Source: Mustelus asterias (lineage: Eukaryota). From it: 64,000 nucleotides of DNA. A program made the position numbers and the translations under genes. The notes under the pieces are model-generated. The model was given only the letters and a program-made list of their open reading frames with translations. It was not told the DNA's origin and did not search any database. The stretch is taken from NCBI RefSeq assembly GCF_964213995.1, contig NC_135824.1, positions 52,638,001 through 52,702,000 of the forward strand. The letters run 5' to 3'. Of the stretch, positions 11,797 to 23,726 are shown in pieces; positions within the stretch are counted from its first letter, which is position 1; every line of letters begins with the position of its first letter.

Positions 11797-13269
11797 AAAA
11801 TAGCTGGCCCTGGCCCTGGCCCTGGCCCTCTTGCTGGTCCTGGCCCTCTTGCTGAACAAGTTGAAATTGTGACCACCTATTCATTGACATACGAAACAGT
11901 GGAAGCAGAATATCCTTCCTTACACTGTCAAAATGGTTCATAATTTTGAACACCTCAATAAGGGAATCTCTTAAACTTCCCTGATCCATGGAGAATAAGC
12001 CCAATTTCTGAAATCTTAACTTGTATCATAAATTCGCCATTACCTGTAGAAATAGGGAGAATCTCTGATGAAGAGTTCAATAAATCACTGGTGAGATTCT
12101 GCCTGAGGTGTTGTGTTATGTTCTGGCTCTGTGCCCTAACTTCCCCCCTCCTATCCAGTCCTAAATACCTGCTTTACGACACCATCCCCAACACTCTGCC
12201 TCTATTTCTTCCCTTTCTATCCGTTTCAATTTCATATTCCTTCCTGCTCTCCATTTCTATTATTTCATCCTTTCCTTCTCTCCTATTATCCACACTTTAC
12301 TAGTTCCTCCCATCAGGTCTCATCCCCCATCCCTTCTACAATCCTTCCATCGATATTCCATTTACCAATCACCTCATCTTTGCTCCCACAACTCATTCCA
12401 CTCGCCACTGTCTCCTTCTTGCTGACCCTCCCCTCTCCTCCTTCTGTCTCTCTATTCCCTCCTAACTTCTCCTTCCTCTCAGTGCCACTGCTCTTTCCTA
12501 TCCTCCTATTCCTTCCTCTCAGCACAAACAACATTAAACTTAGGGACGGGTTGGTGAACCAGTGATGTCAGGCCCTAAGTTCGCATCCAAAAGGGAACCA
12601 ATCGGTGCACTATCGAAAATGTTTTCAGGACTGCATCAGAAGCTGTGAAGTAGCTGAGGCCAATAGAGTTGCATGGTCTGTGGGACGAGGTCACTTCAAT
12701 GTAACATAAGGAGCTTTTCCAGACATCACGGGTTGCAGCTGAGTGTAGTTGGCTTTCAGAAAGTGCGGGAGGAACAAAACTGGATAATGGGGAAGTAATC
12801 AGAATTTGTTATAATTTGTCCGTCCGTCCGTCCCTCCGTCCCTCCGTCCATCCGTCCATTCGTCCATCCATCCATCTATCTTCGTTCTGTAGTTTACAGT
12901 GGATGGTGATTTGTGATTTCATTGATTTCGATTAATCTACCTGACCTCTTTCATTTCAGATAATGATATTCTATTTTTAAGATTAGAACATTATCCATGA
13001 ATGTTCTTCTCGTTAAATTAGTTGCTATTTTTAATCATATATTCCGTGAAGGGTCGTTGAGGCTATTAGTGCCTCTGAGTATTTCCTGGATCTTCCAACG
13101 AATGCCCACTCATTTTTCAAAGTTTCCAAAGAATCTGCTGTACCATCGTTCAGTGTTTCCAAACTGATGAAACGCACAGAGGAGATGTCCAAAACTCTGC
13201 AATTATGAATCTTTTGCCAATATCCTAAAATCAGTGTCCACTGGTGATCGTTCCTTTACCTGTCCATAT

Positions 13270-13580
13270 TACGGTGGCATAGTGGTTAGCACAGCTGCCT
13301 CACAGCGCTGGGAGCCCGAGTTCGAATCCAGCATTGGATGACTGGATAAAGTTTGCACGATCTCTGTGTGCCTGCGTGGGTTTCCGCTGGGTGCTCTCGT
13401 TTCCTCTCATGGCCCAATCATGTGCAGGTTAGCTGGATTGGCCCCTTAATATGTGCAACATAAATGCGCGAGGTTAAGGGGATAGAGCTGTGGGTGGCCC
13501 TGGGTAAGCTGCTTTGTTGGAGGGCTGGTGTGGACGCGATGGGCCAAATAACCTCCTTCTGCACTGCAAGGATTCAATGA
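13270..13580 (+). mobile_element. tRNA-derived SINE (diverged)
   Basis: Similar to the other SINE copies. Confidence 0.7.
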
Positions 13581-13924
13581 TATTAGCTCCTGATATTTAA
13601 AGTGTATTCATCAAAACACGTCAGGGTTTTGTAGAGGTCTCTTAGATCATGCCTTAACCCATGAAGGAAGCCATTCCAGAGGCACATAAATTTTTAAACC
13701 CACGAATATATCACCCACGATTCAAATATTGCAAAAGTGAGACCTGTGTCTAGATACCCTCCTCAAGGGGCAGTTGCCGGACAGCCGTTTGAGCGCATGG
13801 CCATGAAAAGACTTCTCCAGCAATTTGAGAAATAAGATAACATGAGAAATAAAAATGCTATATTGTCCCCACACTTTGGATAAAGAGGTTGCTTCTGAAT
13901 TCCCTTCAGAATTTTAAATTAAGA

Positions 13925-14285
13925 ATAATCGAATCAAAGAATTCCTACATTGCAAAAGGAGGCATTTCAGCCCATCGAGTCACCATTGACTCTCTGAAGA
14001 CCATCTTCCTCAGGCCCATTCCCCGAATCCCAGTAACCCTTGATTACCAAAACTAACCCATCAAAACTACACAATTTTGGACACTAAGGGCAATTTAGCA
14101 TGGCCAATCAATCTAACCCCTGCATATCTTTGGAGTGTGGGAGGAAACTGGAGACTCGGATCAAACCCACGCAGACACGGTGGCAACGTGCAAACTCTAC
14201 ACAGACAGTCACCCAAGACTGGAATTGAACCTGGGTCTCTAGCGACATGAGCCAGCAGTGCTAACCACTGTGCCAACGTGCCGCC
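13925..14285 (-). mobile_element. tRNA-derived SINE
   Basis: Similar to the other SINE copies. Confidence 0.75.
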
Positions 14286-14893
14286 TAAGTAATTATCTAA
14301 TATTGATGAAGGTTGGTTAACGCATCCACTCTAACGATCCTCTCTGTTCACTCCTATATCCCTGCATTTAAGTTCACCCTCATGAATTTATGCAATTATT
14401 TTTTGAACTGATGATTGAATCTGCTTTGATCACACTTTCTGGCGGTTCATTCTCGCTTGCAGATCTGACTGATTTAAACAGATTCTCCGAGCAATCAGGT
14501 ACTTTTGAGTTCTGCTAATGAGTTCCCTGATGATAATTTACTAACTGACGAGTCGCGCACCGGAAATGGCGACTCATACAAAAGCAAAATACTACGGATG
14601 CTGGCAACATGATAAAAAAACCGAAGTCTGGAAATCATCAGCAGGTGTGGCAACAGGTGATGCCTAAACTGCTGAATGTTTCTCACATTTTCAATTTTTA
14701 CGCAGGAAATAACAAGTCGTGTTCTGGGAGCCAATTAAAAATAAAGAAAGATTTGCCCCTCCCATTTGTCTACTTAACATTCAGGACAAAGCGACAGCGA
14801 ATCCCACTCAGTGTTGAGAACTTTGAGATATGCTACAATAAAAGGGCTCAGTGGTTTCACGTTGTGAATAAGCAGATCTTTCAGCTTCCGAGG

Positions 14894-14936
14894 ATGTCTG
14901 TGTCTCGGCTCTACATTTCGCGACTGCTGATAGCTG
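14894..14936 (+). CDS. TRBV: Leader exon of V segment 4
   Basis: MSVSRLYISRLLIA plus G, then GTTAGG. Paralogous to the other leaders, but with Arg in the hydrophobic core and a weaker donor. Confidence 0.7.
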
Positions 14937-15507
14937 GTTAGGTGGAGTCGAACGGTGAGGTGTCAGTGATCCTCACTTTAATTGTTTCCGGAGTTGAGCT
15001 GCTTTGACGTTGATATTCCACTCCCCACTCCGCAGGGATAAATTCACCACTCACCAGGGGTTAATTCACAGTTAGGTTGCCAGGTTTTTCCATAACTCTT
15101 TCAATACCCGTGTCTTTTTCTGCCCTTCTCGGTCTTTCACAGTTTTCTCACTCTATACTGACCCTCCCTGTGTCCGTTTGTCTCTGTGCCTTTGCGTGTT
15201 TCCCTCGCTGTCATTATCTCACTCTCTCCATCTTATCCCAGCGATTGTTCTTGCTTTCCTTTTTGTAGTTCCCTTGCTCTGTGTCCGTGTCCCGCTCAGT
15301 GAGTCTCCTCCTGTCTGTTTGTATTTCTTCTATTTCCCACCTTTAGTTGTCATTCTGTGCAATGTTGCATCTCTCATACACGAACACACACACGCTCACT
15401 CACTCTCTCTCTTTCATTCACCCATATCTATCTTTCACGCTTATTTTATGTGCCCATCAAGGGATATCAAAGTTAACTTCCTTACTTTTCCATAGTCGGT
15501 TTTACAG

Positions 15508-15806
15508 ACATGGCGGCCGTGCTGATCCAACGGACTCCCTCTTCTATATCCAGTTCCCCGGGCACTAAATTCACTATCAAATGCATTTACACGGAACCAA
15601 CAGCTGGAACCTATGTCTACTGCTTCCGATGGCACCCTGACCGTGAGCCTCAAACCCCTTTCTATTCTAACTTCGCTGGAAGAGTCATTCTGCACGGTGA
15701 GGTGAACAGTTCCAACTTGAGTAGGCCCAACAACACCCACTTTTACCTGGAGTCCTCTGGTCTGTGGGCGAATCACTCGGCCGTGTATTATTGCGCCTGG
15801 AGTTTG
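15508..15806 (+). CDS. TRBV: TCR beta V exon, segment 4 (open frame, probably defective)
   Basis: DMAAVLIQRTP...TIKC...YVYCFRWHP...YYCAWSL. Conserved Trp replaced by Cys. RSS is CACAATA, 22-nt spacer, ACAAAAGCC (15807-15844). Confidence 0.85.
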
Positions 15807-16613
15807 CACAATAACTCCAGAGACCAAACCCCTCAACAAAAGCCCTAACAGGGGTCAAAATATAATTATAGCCGACAGGACTCTGCTGTCGGTCAGCCTG
15901 TGTGTCTCGCTGTGTCAATCAATCAATCCGCCCGCCGCGCTCCCGTCCGCCCGCCCGTCTGTCTATCTCTTACCTTTTTCCGCCCCTGTAGTTTACACCT
16001 GAAGGTGAATCAGAATTTTATTTCATTGATCGAGTAATCTTTTTGCTCTTTTTTTTTCAGATTATGACATTCCATTGTTAATAGTAAAACTTGATGCACG
16101 AATGCTGTTCACGTTACATTAATCGCTATGTTTGATAATCTATTCCGTGAAGAGATAGGCTATTGGTGGAATTGTGACTTTCCCGGCTCATCCTGTTTGG
16201 AAGTTTCTGTTGAGTTTGCTGTAGAGCGATGAACAGTCTTTTCCAGATGAGGAGGATATTAAACATCTGCAACTCTGAATCTTTTGCCAATTCACTGAAT
16301 TAGGTGTCCTCTGGTGAACGTTCCTTTACCCATCAATGTTAGCTCCTGATCTTTCATATTTATTTACTCATCAAAATACTGCAGATATTTGTACACCTTT
16401 CAGATATTTCCGTAGCCTCCATGCTCTAAAGGGAACAATTCCATAGAAAAAGAAATAATAAAGTCCATAAATGTAGTATCCATGATTCAAACAGTGCAAG
16501 TGCGATACATCTCTCCAGATACATTCCTCAATGGGGCACCTGCCCTGACAGCCGTTTGTGCATATGGTGAAGGCCGTTTACGGAATCTATGCTATTCGCC
16601 TTAACCCCTCCCG

Positions 16614-17438
16614 TGTGCTAAGGCCCAGGCCAGACACTCCAAGGTGTTTTGTGAAGTTGGCCTCGACCCTAAGTTTTACATTTGATTTTGTGATTGGTGA
16701 GTATAAGTTGTTTCACTCCAGGTATGATTCAAGTGACCCACTTGGAAGCTTTGCTCAAACAAAGTTTATTTAAGGACAGAGTTACGATATAACGAAAATA
16801 ATTAGCATAACATTTACCAATTTAAAGACTTAAACATGACGCAGTATAAACCTTCACAGCTAGCTATTTCTGTTGTTCCAATTTAACAGCAATACCCCAT
16901 TAACGTACAGCCTTATTAAGAATTAGTTATCACTAAAATAAGTATGGTCACATAATACTAGATTTCCTGGTTTTAACACCAATGGTTGGAAATCCAAACA
17001 GCAATTTTCAGGGAATGATATATCCTCAAGGCAGCAAAACAGAGAAGTAAACCTAGTCTCTCGCAGCTTCCAAAGCAGAAACACTTTGACAGCAGAAAAT
17101 CCAACTGGAGAGAGAGGGAAAAACACCGCTTTCTCTTTCGCAGCTCCAAGCAGCACCTGAACTTGAATATCTGTGTAAGCCCAGCTTCCACCATCACATT
17201 ACCACACCTGCCAATCATCCCAATTAAGCCCCACCCTGCAAAATCCCAGGAGAGAAGAGCACAACAGCATTAGTTCAGATTAAAACCAACATTCTGGCCA
17301 TTAGAAGCAATTATGCTGTTGCAGCAACAATACAGGATGCTGGTAGACAGGACGGCTCCGAGTGCATATAACTATTACAACAGACCTTGCACAAGAACAA
17401 AGCTCAAACACGTTTCTTCAAGGCACAGTATCCTCACA
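16614..17438 (-). mobile_element. LTR-like interspersed repeat (possible solo LTR)
   Basis: Interrupts the duplicated V cassette. TG...CA ends, minus-strand AATAAA, related to 50975-51796. Confidence 0.5.
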
Positions 17439-18141
17439 TGTGAAAGTCAGTTTTAAATTGTCCCCACGCTTTTGGTAAAGAGATTGTTTCCGAATTCCGT
17501 ACAGGATTTATAAGTAATTCTCTCATATTGATGATGGCTGGATAAATTGTCCCCTATTCAATTAGTCCCATTCTCTGTTCGCCCCCATATCACGGTATTT
17601 AGTTTCCCCGTCAATATTTTATCCAATTCAATTCAGAAATATATTATTGAATCCGTTCCGTTCTGACTTTCAGGCAGTTCATTTTCTTTTGTATAACTGA
17701 CAGATTCTGCCAAACATCTGGTACTTTTGCCAATGCTCTGAGTTATCTGATAACACTGTTCTTCCTGACTGGCCCCGCACCAGAATTGAGGACTACTAAA
17801 AAAGCAAAATATGCTGGCATTTTAATAAAAACCGAAAAGTTTGAAATGTTCAGCAGATCTGGCAACATCTGTGGACAGAATCAAATTTACCGTTTCAACT
17901 CTGCTGATAACTGTTTTGGTGAACGTTGCTAGTATTTTCGCTTGTTATTCAGGAAATGACGAATCCTATTCTGGGAGCCAATGAAAAAATAAAACATATT
18001 TGCCCCTCCCATCCGACTACTTAACATTCATAACATGGGAACAGCAAAGTCCACTCAGTTTCCGGAACGTCTGAGATATTCGACATTAACACGGCTCAGT
18101 GGTTTCACGTTGTGAACGCACGGGTCTTTCAGCCTCCGGGG

Positions 18142-18184
18142 ATGTCTCCGCCTCAGCTCTGGGCTCTGTTGCTGCTGTTGGCTG
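18142..18184 (+). CDS. TRBV: Leader exon of V segment 5
   Basis: MSPPQLWALLLLLA plus G, then GTAAG. Confidence 0.9.
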
Positions 18185-18762
18185 GTAAGGTGGAGTTGAA
18201 GGGCGAGGTGTCACTGATCCTCGTTGTTATTGCGTCCGAGTTGAGTTGCTTTGGAGTTGAGGTTCTTCTCCCGATCTCTGGGAATTCATAGTAGATACAG
18301 ATGATCTGCAACTGTTAGGATGCCGCTTCTTTCCGTCACTCTCTCAGTCCCTGTGCTCCTTTCTCTCTGTCTCACTCGTTCCCGAGTTGTTTTCTCTCAC
18401 TATGCCGACCCTCCCTTTTTCCGTGTGTCTCATGTGCTCTGCTTGTTTCCCTCACTGTCATAATCTCAGTTTGCTTCTACATATAACAACCATTGTTCTT
18501 CCTTTCCTATTTGTCGTTCCCTCGCTCCCTGTCTGTGCCCCGCTCATTATGCCTTTCTCTCTCTCTCACTCTCCCCCTCTGTCTGCATTTCTTCTGCTTC
18601 TCGACTTTTGCTCTCTATCTCTGCAACTTTTCATCTCTCTCTCTTTCTCACGCACACCTTATTTTCATTGATTCACCCCCATCTATCTTTCACTCTCATT
18701 TCTTCTGCCATTCAAGGGATATCAAATTTAACCCCCTTGTCTTTCCACAGTCGGTTTTACAG

Positions 18763-19061
18763 TTACGGCGGCCGTGCTGATTCAACAGAGTCCCTCTTCC
18801 ATATCCAGTTCCACGGGCACTACAATCACCATCGAATGCCTTTATGCAGAAGCAGCAGCTGGCAACTATTTCTACTGGTATGAATGGCATCCTGACCGTG
18901 AGCCTCGGAACCTCTTCTATTCCAGCACCGTTGGCAGCGTGTTTCCCACCGGTGAGGTGGGTGGTTTCACCGCGAGTAGGCCCAGCATGACCCACTTTTT
19001 CCTGAATTCCTCGGGCCTGTGGGCGAATCACTCGGCCGTGTATTATTGCGCCTGGAGTGTA
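18763..19061 (+). CDS. TRBV: TCR beta V exon, segment 5 (apparently functional)
   Basis: VTAAVLIQQSP...TIEC...WYEWHP...NHSAVYYCAWSV. RSS is CACAGTT, 23-nt spacer, ACAAAAACC (19062-19100). Confidence 0.93.
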
Positions 19062-20310
19062 CACAGTTACTCACATAGATGCAAACCCTCAACAAAAACC
19101 CGAACAGGAGTCAAAATATAATTGTAGCCAATTAAACCCTGTTGTCGGTCAGCCTCTGTGTCACACTGTCTGAATGTATACATGTATGCATGCATGTATG
19201 TATGCATGCATGTATGTATGTATGTATCTATATATTTATCTATCTATCTGTCTATTTATCTGTCTATCATCAATCTTCGTACCTGCAATTGACAGTGGTT
19301 GGTGAATCATGATTTATTCCATTGATATCAATTAACCTTTTGTTCTCTTTCATTTCAAATTATGGCATTCTATTATTGATATTTACAACATGATACATGA
19401 AAGTTCTGATGCTTTTCTCGTTAAAATAATCGCTATTTTTAAGTATCTATTCCAAGAAGGGATAGACGAGGCTAGTGGTTCTATTGTACCTTTACCCACT
19501 CTTCCAAAGAACACACTCCTCCGCTTTAAATCTGCTGCACCGCCATTCTGAGTGTTTTCCACGTGATGACAGTGCAATCAGGAGGATTCTAGACATCGGC
19601 AACTCTGAGTCTTTTGTCAATTCCCTTAAGTTGTCCTCTGGTGACCGGCCCTTTACCTAACGATGTTAGCACCTGATTTTTCATATTAACTCATCAAAGC
19701 ACTTCAGGATTTCGTCCGTTTTTCCGATCTTCCCCTAGCATCACTAATCTGAGAGGAACAGTTCCACAGAAAGGAAAAACCTTTAAATCCCTAAATCTGC
19801 CACCAAGGTTTCAAATAGTGCAAAGGCGAGACAATTCTCCAGATACGTTCCTCACTGGGGCACACCCTCAGGCAGTTCATTCTCTGTTGTATAATTGACT
19901 GATTTATACAGATTATCCTAAGCTTCTGGTACATTGACGAACGCTCCTGAATTTGAGTACTATGATGAAACCAGTGGTTCTGACTAGCCACACCCCAGAA
20001 GTCATGAGGCAACAAGATGCTCGGATGCTGCAAATCTGAAATAAAACTGAAAAAAAGCTGGGAAAACTCGGCGACATCTGTGGAGAGAATCAGAGTTACC
20101 TTCTGTGCTCAGATGGTGCCAGAACTGCTGAATATTTCTCGCATTTTCTATTTTTACTCAGAAAATGACACCCGTTCTGGGAGCCAATGAGAAAATGAAG
20201 AAAGATTTTCCCCTCCCATCCGACCATTCCGGACATGGCGATAGCAAATCCCACTCAATGTTCAGAACTTTGTGAGTGTTACGAACACAACGATCTTTCA
20301 GCCTCCGGAG

Positions 20311-20353
20311 ATGTCTCCATCTCAGCTGTGGGCTCTGTTGCTGCTGTTACCTG
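20311..20353 (+). CDS. TRBV: Leader exon of V segment 6
   Basis: MSPSQLWALLLLLP plus G, then GTAAG. Confidence 0.9.
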
Positions 20354-20796
20354 GTAAGGTAGAACGTCAGTGATCCTCGCTGTTATTGCTTTAGAGATGA
20401 GTTGCTTTGGATTCGAAGATCCCTTCCCAATTCCCCAGGAGTTCACTCACACCCATTGAAGCTACAGATTTTGTGCACCTGTTAGGATGCCAGTGTCTTC
20501 TTCCTTTCCCATCACATTTTTTTCTCTGTCTCACTCTGTTCTCATAGTTTTCTCTCTCTGTGCTGACCCTCCCTTTGTCCGTTTGCCTCTCTGTGCTCCT
20601 GCTTGTTTCCCTCGCTCTCAGTATCTCACCCTCTCCATTCATTTATCCCAGTGATGGTTCTTGCTTTTCCATTTTATTGTTCTTTCACTCCCTGTGTGTG
20701 TCCCGCTTATTATCCCTCTTTGTCTCTTGCTCTCCCGCTCTGTCTATGTTTCTTATGTTTCTCACCTTTAGTCATCTTTGTGTCTAAGGTGGCTGC

Positions 20797-20832
<36 letters not shown>

Positions 20833-20929
20833 ATGTTCATTCGCGCTATCTATCTTTTGCGATAATTTCTTGTGTCATTCGGGGGATATCAAAGTTAACT
20901 CTCCTGTCTTTTCACAGTCGGTTTTACAG

Positions 20930-21225
20930 ATACGGCGGCCGTGCTGATCCAACAGACTCCCTCTTCTATATCCAGTTCCCCGGGCACTAAGGTCACTATC
21001 AAATGCATTTACACGGAAGCAACAGCTGACACCTATTTCTACTGGTATCGATGGCGTCCTGACCGTGAGCCTCAGAACCTTTTCTATTCCATGGCTGGTA
21101 GAGTCAATCCGCCCGGTGAGGTGGACGGTTTCAGAGCGAGTAGACCCAACGGCACCCATTTTTACCTGGCCTCCTCCAGCCTTTGGGCAAATCAGTCGGC
21201 CGTGTATTACTGCGCCTGGAGTGAA
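20930..21225 (+). CDS. TRBV: TCR beta V exon, segment 6 (intact frame, abnormal RSS)
   Basis: DTAAVLIQQTP...TIKC...WYRWRP...YYCAWSE. RSS is CGCAGTG, 23-nt spacer, ACAAAAGCC (21226-21264). Confidence 0.9.
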
Positions 21226-23380
21226 CGCAGTGACTCACAGCGGTAAAAGAGTTCAACAAAAGCCCTCATCCGGGTCAAAATATAAATAGCCAATTGAACT
21301 CTCACGTCTGTCAGCCTCTATCTATCTTTGTGCCTGTAGTTTACAGTGGATGGTGAATCATGATTTATTTTAATTAATCTTTTTTTGTTCATTCGTAGGA
21401 CATGGGCGCAGCAAGCCGACCATCATTTATTCTAGTTGCCCGAGAGCAGTTGAGAGTCAACCACGTTGCTGTGGATCTGGAGTCACATGTAGGCCAGACC
21501 AGTTAAGGACGGCAGATGATTTCATAGTCATCAGTAGATTCTTAATTCCAAACATTTTTGATTGACTTTAAATTGCACCATTGACGTGGTGGGATTCGAA
21601 CCCGGGTCCCCAGAACATTAGCTGAGCTTTTGGATCAATAGTTTAGCGATAATACCACTCGGCCATCACCTCCTCTTCTTGCTCCCTTTTATTTCAGATA
21701 GTGACATTGCATTACTAGCATTGAATCATAATGCATGAATGTTCTGACGTTCTTCTCATTAAGTTGGTCGCTACTTTTAGCAATATATTCCGTCAACGGG
21801 CGGCACGGTAGCACAGTGGTTAGCACTGCTGCTTCACAGCTCCAGGGACCTGCTAAATCTTGTCTGTTGAAAGTTTCTATTGAATCTGCTTCCACCATCC
21901 ATTCAAGCACTACCTCCCAGATGATAACCATTAGCTGTGGAGAAAATTCTACTGATTTCAGTAGATATCAGTTTCAGTGTGCCCTCATTTCATCTTTCCA
22001 AACACTTCGCGGGTCGGAAGTCTTTCAAATGTTGCCTTATCCTGACTACTGCAAGGGTAACAATTCTGCACAATCAGCAAACTCAGATCTCCACAAATTT
22101 CTCAGCAATCATTACCACATTGCAAAGACCAGACATCTCTAGGAAACACTCTTGACGGCAGTTTGCACATCTGTTGAAAGTCATTAACCCAGCGTTTATC
22201 AGACATTCGGCTCCTGGTGGAGAGTTCGTAAATAATCTAATACTTCATTCCGGAAAAGACATAACCCTTTAACTTTCCGTCTGAACTCGATATATTTATC
22301 TTTTTCATATGAAAGAACAGGCCACGAGAACCATGAAATCATAGATGACACAACAAGACCATTCAGCCCTTCCAGCCGGGCCCGAAGGGCTTGAACGAGC
22401 TACCCATTTGGTCCCACGTGACCACAGGAGGCTCTGCCAACTCTCTTCAAGTCACCGTATCAGTATCCAGTTCTTTCTCCCGTATCTTCTTATTCGGCTT
22501 CTCATAAAATGCACATATAGCTACTCGCTTTTTGATCAGCAAGGGAGTCAAGGGTTATGGGGCAGGGTCGGGTGCAGTCAGGAACGTGGAGCCGAAGCCA
22601 CAACCAAATATGCCACTTTACTAAATTGGAGCAGGTTCGAGGAGCCGAATGGACCATTCCTGCTCCTAATTCGATCGTAAGAGTTTTAACAACAGGTTTC
22701 CAATCTGTGTGCCTGTGTTTCTGACTTTCATTAGATCGACCAGTTGCTCTAAGCCATCAACATAACTGGATTCTCTCTTCGCCTCTTTCCCTATATGTTA
22801 ACGCTTGATTATTTCTCCGAATCTGTTTTGAAACCTCCTGTTGCTGTCCCCTCTCTTAGGAAGAAGTGTTGTTGTCCTGTGAACGCCAATGTGCGTGCCT
22901 GAATAGTGATATTCCTTTATTCCAATCATGTTACTCAGGAGTGACCGCCCTGTACTTCACAGTGACTGGCGGATGCTCTCATACGGCAATGCGGTCGCTG
23001 ATTTATGCCGCAAGTATTTCTGTTGTGGCTGGGCTCCTTACTTTTTTTATCGGCTTTTTACTATTGACCGGTTTAAGCTTCAAGGTGACGCAATTTCCAA
23101 CCATGTGGCCGCATCCCGCATTTCAATGCCGAATGCATAAGGGCTGCTATCATTTCTGGCGAACATGCGTTTAGACCCTTTGTTGCTGGCTCCCTTATTA
23201 CTGATGCCCCGCAAGGGTCACGATTAAGAAACTACTCTCCGACTTACATCAACGAGTGACAAACAGACAAGCTTAGATATCAAGATCTGATTGTGTAATG
23301 CACATTCCCCTCATATGTTATTTAATTTACTGCCGTGAAAATTATGTCAGAAATTTAGTAGTGTAGGTTGGAAGAAGGAT

Positions 23381-23726
23381 GGGGCGGCACGGTAGCACAG
23401 TAGTTGGCATTGCTGCTTCACAACTCCAGGGACCTGGGTTCGATTCCCGGATTGGGTCACTATCTGTGTGGAGTTTGCACGCTCTCCCCGTGTCTGCGTG
23501 GGCTTCCTCCGGGTGCTCCGGTTTCCTCCCACTGTCCAAAGGTATGCGGGTTAGACTGATTGGCCAAGCTAAATTGCTTCTTAGTGTCCTGGGATGTATA
23601 GGTTAGAGGGAAGAGCGGGACAATGTATGGGGTTACGGGATCTGGCCTGGGTGGGATTGTTATCGTTGCAGACTTGATGGCTGAATTGGCCTCCTTCGGC
23701 ACTGTAGGGCTTCGATGATTTCTATG
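23381..23726 (+). mobile_element. tRNA-derived SINE (HE1-like)
   Basis: Full-length copy with Pol III boxes and CR1-like tail. Confidence 0.8.

Noticed and set aside
11805-11853. GGCCCT/GGCCCTCTTGCT short tandem repeat giving GPGP or QGQG ORFs
   Set aside because: Local slippage inside a CR1 remnant; not coding.
12140-12880. Pyrimidine-rich tract plus post-V flank suggesting a lost V segment
   Set aside because: No recognisable Cys/Trp framework, leader or RSS.
13234-19645. CTCF-like TCACCAGAGGACAC motifs downstream of V segments (near 13234, 16304, 19632)
   Set aside because: They lie in duplicated antisense CR1-like remnants and miss a core G; the recurrence is explained by cassette duplication.
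22941-22996. VTALYF followed by a perfect CACAGTG
   Set aside because: No Cys, no V framework upstream, and no nonamer at 12 or 23 nt.
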